NCBI RefSeq assembly: GCF_009914755.1 | Contig: NC_060926.1 | From: the human T2T-CHM13v2.0 reference genome, Homo sapiens | Length of the DNA: 64,000 nucleotides | Direction: 5' to 3' (one strand) | Shown: positions 57,641 to 64,000 of the stretch, piece by piece | Layout: the number at the start of each line of letters is the position of its first letter | How positions within the stretch are numbered: position 1 is the stretch's first letter | Notes under the pieces: generated by a model | What the model was told of the DNA's origin: nothing | Database searches by the model: none | The model's input: the letters and a program-made list of their open reading frames with translations, nothing else | Program-made: the position numbers and the translations under genes

Positions 57641-59651
57641 CTCCTTGGGGACAGCTCTGTCCTAGAAAGCCAGGGCAGCAGGGAGATGGACTGAGGGACC
57701 GGGAAGAAGGAGGCTGAGGCTGGTTGACTCTCAGGCTGACACTGACTTCTGCAGGACTACACAGCCACCCTTCCTGGGGAGAAGAGTCCCTCCCTCGGTT
57801 GCCTTGGTGACCCAGGAAGACTATGGTCCCTCTTTCGTTTCTGCCAGATGGTCCTGCTGAATCATTCCCACCTCATTGTAGCTAAATTACCTGCCTTAGT
57901 TCTATATTTTTATTTCTGTGGCTCTGACATAATGGGAAATAGCTCAGTTTTAATGCTAGTTTTGAGAGTGAGGTTTCTAAAGAAATGATTTAACTTACCT
58001 TGTAAACCAGAACAATTTTGAGTGTGAAAGGAGACTCTGTTAGTAATTACTGCCAGGACTATCCAAGGCATCCAGGACTTAAAATCATTCTACCAATATG
58101 GGATCAAAGGATATAGTTAACATGGAAATGAGACCCGCATTATTCAGACAAGAACATCTTTAGGGCATCGAGCAGCCAAATGGAAGTGAACTCCATTGAC
58201 AGCAGTAGTGGTTATCTGCTGCCTGATGTTAGGGTACAAATTTGGGCAGCGTAGTCCTCAACCTTCACCCACCCCTTACTAAGCCAAGGCAGCCCTGATT
58301 TACTGTGTCAGGGTGACATTGTTTTGTGGAAACCTCTTGCCTACTGCCAAAGTTAGTGAATTTGCACCGTTCTAACTTACAGGATTTAAATAACTTCTAA
58401 TCCTTGAAGGCCTTTTACCTCTTTTCTGCTTAAAGTTTACAAATTGGACTGCAACCGCAAATACTGAAGTTTACCCACATAGAAATTCTGGCAAGAATCT
58501 GAAAGAAATCACATACTGACAAGCTGGGCTCCAAAAGAAAGAAAGGAGGTGAGGCATGAGGAGGGAAGAATGGGAGGATTGGAGGAGGAAGGGAGGGAGA
58601 GAGGACAGTCTAGGTGACTTTAAACCAACATGATCCAGGAACATCTTCCAATGTGACAGTGGCCTTCTAACACAAGGCTTCTCTTTTCAATCCCTGACCC
58701 TCTTGTCATTTGTTCTTTTCAGGTTGACAAATGGGTGTTGGTTTATGACAGCATCATTGATCAAATGACACGTTGTCTTGTATTATGTCTAGTAATAAAA
58801 AAAAAGACATAAAAATGCTTCTTGGAATAACTAGACAGTGTCAGTTTAGATAGTAACTTCCAGTCCTAAATCTCTCTGGGAATGAAAACAAATTCCATTT
58901 ATCTAAAACCAAGGTGTTTTTCATTACTAATGCTGAAAATAATGCTTACTTTGAGATGAGAGGGTCGTCAACAATTTTCATCAAACCACCCCAATGAGAG
59001 TGGAGTTTTCCAAAGAGAGCCTCAATAAGGTCAACATTTCTTTGGTGTCTCTTATTTTATATTATAAATGTATGCAAATTTTACATTCTCTTTTACAATA
59101 GAGTCATGTTTATTTTACTATCAAATCTCTCAAAATATTTTTAGTAAGAGGTATGTGCAGAGATGAAAAGATGAGCCATTTTTATTCTGCAGCTTCATGT
59201 TTCCCTTTGGCATCATTCCAGGCCCTTCATTCTCAGAATGTGGGGATGAAACCACCCCAGAGCAGCTGACAGAAGGGAAGAGTTAATTATTTTAAAAGTT
59301 ATAAACATAGATTTTTGATGATAAAAGTCAACTGTGAATCTGGAAATACTAATTTATTTCAAAGCTTTAAAAATAGTTTATTAAACTAGAAGCACAGTAT
59401 TGAATAAAGAAGTTACTCTGATGATATTATTACACATTTTAGCTGACAAGAAAGACAGGGAGAGGATATACAGAGAAAAATAGTCTACTAAAGTCTTTGT
59501 ACGGACCAAATAAAACCTGTAGTGACTCTTTTCTCCCAAAATATTCCATTATCCATAAGTGTTCCCTTGGTTTTTATCAGAAAGATAATTTACAATTTTG
59601 AACTTCAGGATAAGTAGAAGTGAAATGAAGTCATAAAACTGTATGTGAAGA

Positions 59652-59948
59652 TTTTTTTTTTTTTTTTGAGATGAAGTCTCACTCTATTGCCCAGGCTGGT
59701 GGGCTGAAGTACAGTGCTGCTCACTGCAGCCTCCAACTCACAGGCTTAAGTGATCCTCCTGCCTCAGCCTCCCAAGTAGCTAGGACTACAGGCATGTGCC
59801 ACCAGACCCAGCTAGTTTTCAAATGTTTAGTAGAGATAAGGTCTTCCCGTGTTGCCCAGGCTGGTCTTGAACTCCTGGCCTCAAATGATTCTCCCACCTT
59901 GGCCTCCCAAAATGCTAGGATTACAGGTTTGAGCCACCACACCCAGCT
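59652..59948 (-). mobile_element. AluJ
   Basis: J-type gctcactgcagcctcc, gtgatcctcctgcc, gttgcccaggctggtcttgaactcctggcctcaa. Confidence 0.9.
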
Positions 59949-60644
59949 GAGGACTCTTAATAACTCTGAATTTACCCTTCTTTTTGCTGGAGACTTGCTT
60001 TTATTTCTGAGGTAAAGGCAGATGAGTATGAACTTTGGCATTCATGGAGTAGACTTAAAACAGAAAACAGATGTACTTTCAAACATATTGATTTTCTGAT
60101 AAGAACAATTAACCTCAGTATAAATCTGTTGACATAATATGGTTCTTCATTACACATTACTGTCAGCATCCTAAAAACAACAGCAGCAACAAACAGAAAA
60201 CCAAAAACGAATGACTACCTTAAAGCCAAAACAAAACACAGTAAAACTGAAGATGTTGATAACATTAAAGGAAAAAGGCAAACTTGATTTTAACATTGTC
60301 TTACTTTTTGAAATTTCAAGTAAGTGTGTTGATGTATGTAATTACATTTATTTTCACAGTGAAATTCTTTTACAATCATTTAGTCACTGGAGTCTGGTCT
60401 TGCTTGACACGTGAAGATTTGGTCCCAAGAATGCGTAGCACCATTTCCACCATATGCTTTGGGAATGATTGAAAACACAAAGGCCATATCTGCGTTTTTA
60501 ATGCTCTTCATTCACTGTCCAGATCTCTATTGAGTCTCTGCTATGTCTTAGGCACTGTGCTTGATGCTGAATAAATTAAAATGGATAGAACGTACTGCCT
60601 GTCTTCTTATCTCACAGTCTAGAGTACAGACAGTGAAGGTGTGC

Positions 60645-61215
60645 TGTATTCTGTTAGGTGAACTTGGCCAAAGCTGGAAATTTTATTTCCCGGGACAATA
60701 ACCTTCTCTGACTGGTTTTTTGAAAGAACTTGCTTGCAATTTGCTTACAGAAATGAAGTAGAATTCATTACTCTCAGAAGGTTGTCACCATCGACCATGG
60801 TGATAGACAGATGCAGAGGTGCCCGATGGGCTCCTCCTCTTCCCCTCCAACTTGTCTTCACTCAGTGGCCCCAGGCCTACCACCAGGTTCTTGGCTGGGG
60901 ACACACCAAAACTGCATCTCTGCACAGGCAACTCTTCCCAGGAAAAACAATTTTTGTAGACTTCATAAGCTCTCCTTTTTTGTGGTTTCACTTTGGTGGC
61001 TTTTTCAATTTCATTTCAAGCTCCTGCTGGTTGACCCGTGCCTTTGCTTCAGGGCACCTGGCTAGTGACTAATTTTTTTTTACCATCCAACTCTCCCTTC
61101 CAAATTTTCTTTTCCTCAGCTCCTCCCATATTTTTATAAGGGCTAACACCTACAGTCAATTTTTTATTCCCATAACACTTATGGTAAATCTAATTTTCTG
61201 TCTGAATCCTATACA
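60645..61215 (+). mobile_element. LTR41-family ERVL solo LTR
   Basis: tgtattctgttaggtgaacttggccaaagctggaa...cattactctcagaagg...gacagatgcagaggtgcc...ttattcccataacact...ataca. Confidence 0.65.
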
Positions 61216-61390
61216 AACCCTTACAAGAGAATGTTATAATGAAGACAAGTAGTGAGCATTAAGGAAGATCAGACAGGAATGACATCTCACCCATATTGGG
61301 TGGTGTCACGAACCTGAGCAGGGAAGGCTTCTGGGACTAGGTGAGGCAGGCCTGGCAAAGCTGGTAAGGGCATTCCAGAGAGATGCTATG

Positions 61391-63226
61391 TGATATGATT
61401 TGGCTCTGTGTCCCCACCCAAATCTCATCGTGTAGCTCCCGTAATTCCCATGTGTTGTGGAAGGGACCTGGTATGAGATGGTTGAATTATGGGGGTGAGT
61501 CTTTCCCATGCTGTTCTTGTGATAGCAAATGGGTCTCATGAGATCTGATAGTTTTAAAAAATGGGAGTTGCCCTGTACAAGCTCTCTCTCTGCCTGCTGC
61601 CATCCATGTTAAATGTCACTTGCTCCTCCTTGCCTTCCACTATGATTGTGAGGCCTTTAGCAAAGACACTGGCAGCATTTTGCCCCTTTCCTAGAGATGT
61701 GTGGAAATTTGAACTTGAGAGAGATGATTTCGGGTATCTGGTGGAAGAAATTTCTAAGCAGTAAAGCATTCAAGAGGTGACTTGGGTGCTGTTAAAGGCA
61801 TTCAGTTTTAAAAGGGAAACAGAACATAAATGTTTGGAAAATTTGTAGCCTGACAATGCAGTAGAAAAGAAAATCCCATTTTCTGAGGAGAAATTTAAAC
61901 TGGCTGCAAACATTTGCATAAGTAACAAGCAGCTGAATATTAATCACCAAGACAATGGGGAAAATGTCTCCAGGGCGAGTCAGAGACCTTTGTGGCAGCC
62001 CCTCCCATCATAGCCTCAGAGGTTTAAGTGGAAAAAGTAGTTTCAACGGCTGGCCAAGGGTCCCTGTGATGTGTGCAGCCTAGGGACTTGGTGCCCTGCA
62101 TCTCAGTCACTCCAGTCATGACTGAAAGGGACCAACACAGAGCTCAGGCTGTGACTTTAGAGGGTGCAAGCCTCAAGCCTTGGCAGCTTCTACGTCGTGT
62201 TAAGCCTTTGAGTCCACAGAAGTCAAGAATTGAGGTTTTGGGACTTCTGCTTAGATTTCAGAGGAAATGTGGGGTCAGAGTCTCCACACAGAGTACCTAC
62301 TGGGGCACCACCTAGTGGAGCTGTGAGAAGAGGGCCACTGTCCTCAAGACCCCAATGGATCTACCGATCCATTGACAGCTTGCACTGTGCGCCTGGAAAA
62401 GCCACAGACACTCAACGCCAGCCTGTGAAGGCAGCTGGGAGGGAGGCTTTACCCTGTAAAGCCACAAAGGTGGAGCTGCCCAAAACTATGGGAACCTACG
62501 TTTTGCATCAGTGTGACCTGAATGTGAGCCATGGAGTCAAAGGAGATCATTTTGGAGCTTTAAGATTTGACTGCCCTGCTGGATTTGGGACTTGCATGGG
62601 GCCTGTAGCCCTTTTGTTTTGGCCAATTTCTCCCATTTGGAATGGCTGTATTTACCCAATGGCTGTACCTCCATTGTATCTAGGAAGTAACTAACTTGCT
62701 TTTGATTTTATAGGCTCCTAGGCAGAAAGAACTTGCATTGTCTTGGATGAGACTTTGGACTGTGGACTTTTGAGTTAATGAGTTTATGGGACAGTTGGGG
62801 AGGCATGATTGGTTTTGAAATGTGAAGACATGAGATTTGGGAGGGGCCAGGGGCAGAATGATATGGTTTGGCTCTGTGTTCCCACCCAAAATCTCATCTT
62901 GCAGCTCCCATAATCCCCACGTCTTGTCGGAGGTACCCAGTGGGAGATGATTGAATTATGGGGTGGGTCTTTCCTGTGCTGTTCTTATGATAGTGAATGG
63001 GTCTCATGAGATCTGATGGTTTTAAAGAACGGGACTTGCCCTGCACAAGCTCTCTCTTTGCCTGCCACCATCCATGTAAGATGGGACTTTTTCCTCCTTG
63101 CCTTCCACCATGATTGTGAGGCCTCTCCAGCCATGTGGAACTGTAAGTCCAATTAAACCTCTTTCTTTTGTAAATTGCCCAGTCCTGGGTATGTCTTTAT
63201 CAGCAGCATGAAAATGGATTAATACA
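61391..63226 (+). mobile_element. THE1 (A/B-type) MaLR provirus: truncated 5' LTR 61391-61656, internal 61657-62858, 3' LTR 62859-63226
   Basis: Two LTRs starting tgatatg(a/g)tttggctctgtgt; THE1 internal sequence (ttagcaaagacactgg, gccacagacactcaacgccagcc); polypurine tract gggaggggccaggggcagaa before the 3' LTR; ends aaaatggattaataca. Confidence 0.93.
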
Positions 63227-64000
63227 GTAATCCAACCTTGTGGAGCTGCAAATAATTCTGTGTGACCAGATCACGAGACACATGTGGAGAGGTGTTGTGA
63301 GAGTTAAGTTTGGAGAGGTTAGACAGGAGGCAGATCATAAAATTATTTTATGCCTGACCAGGGAGTCTGTGTTTTATGGACAATGGGGGATCTTGAAGTG
63401 GTTTGAAGTAAGTAAGAGATCGATGAAGTTTACTTTGGAAAATTTCTCTGGCAGCTATATAGAGGCTGAATGGTAGATAATCAAAATTAAAATCAGGGGG
63501 GCCAAGAAGAAGCCTGTTACATCAGTCCAAATTAAAACAAAATGCAAACATCACTGACAGAGAGGAAGAGGGACAGAAGAGAAAGAGGGAATGTTACCCT
63601 ATGATGGGCTGAAGCATGAAATTTGTGCAAAATGCTGAGAAGGAGAGGTCAGAGAATTTGAAGGAGAATCAGAAAAGAGTGGGAACAAAGGGAGGGGAGA
63701 ACTTTAACAGAGGGAAGTGGTCAATAGTGTAAGGAAATTAGGAGGATAGAGAACTGCCCATTCTTTTTCAACCATGTAGATATCATTGGTGACCATAGGT
63801 GAAGTAGTTCCTGTTGTATTTGTTTTATTATTCTTCACTAGCCTTCTGGACATGGAAACTCTTGAGAAAATTGCATTGTAAATACAGCGAATCTCTGCAG
63901 TTAAGGGAACACAACACCCTTAGCTCCGGCAACCAGTTAACTTTTCTCAATCACAAGTCCAAAGAGGCTGATCGAGGTCTTAGAAGCCTCCTTTTCCTCT

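Larger units (their letters stand above)
60505..63830 (-). mobile_element. L2 LINE scaffold interrupted by LTR41 and THE1
   Basis: L2 tail tattgagtctctgctatgtcttaggcactgtgct near 60530; body resumes at about 61220-61390 and 63230-63830. Confidence 0.6.

Noticed and set aside
62073-62694. 80-aa and 154-aa ORFs
   Set aside because: THE1 internal MaLR sequence carrying deletions; no evidence of domestication.
63122-63134. PRDM9-A hotspot motif position in the THE1 LTR
   Set aside because: Reads cctctccagccat, which does not match CCNCCNTNNCCNC; the 5' LTR copy is deleted.

Overview
Non-coding primate genomic DNA (AluJ/S/Y, L1PA, THE1/MST present; an L1PA2-type 3' UTR points to a hominoid), AT-rich and CpG-depleted, consistent with a large intron or a gene desert. 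I find no supportable host protein-coding gene, RNA gene, CpG island or CRISPR-like system. The supplied ORFs are chance ORFs or repeat-derived (L1 ORF2 fragments, THE1 internal sequence, Alu, (TTC)n). A large part of the window is transposon-derived: 11 Alus, a formerly full-length L1MB whose ORF1 region was replaced by a tail-less chimeric L1PA, an old antisense L1M, HAL1, many MIR/L2 relics, ERV/MaLR LTRs (MLT2, MER41-like, MST x3, MLT1, LTR41, a two-LTR THE1) and DNA transposons (MER30, Tigger2a, MER58B, MER63). Most notable: (1) the L1PA-for-ORF1 replacement with a subfamily-chimeric 3' UTR; (2) a GAS-CArG-GAS module in a MER41-family LTR; (3) a cluster of 10 TGACA (Meis/TALE) motifs in 650 bp of unique DNA; (4) an Alu-tail (GAA)n tract inside an inverted Alu pair; (5) small template-switch and palindrome structures. 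I see no evidence of a wholly new biological system. Subfamily names come from remembered consensus sequences and need RepeatMasker/Dfam confirmation; MIR/L2 boundaries are approximate.
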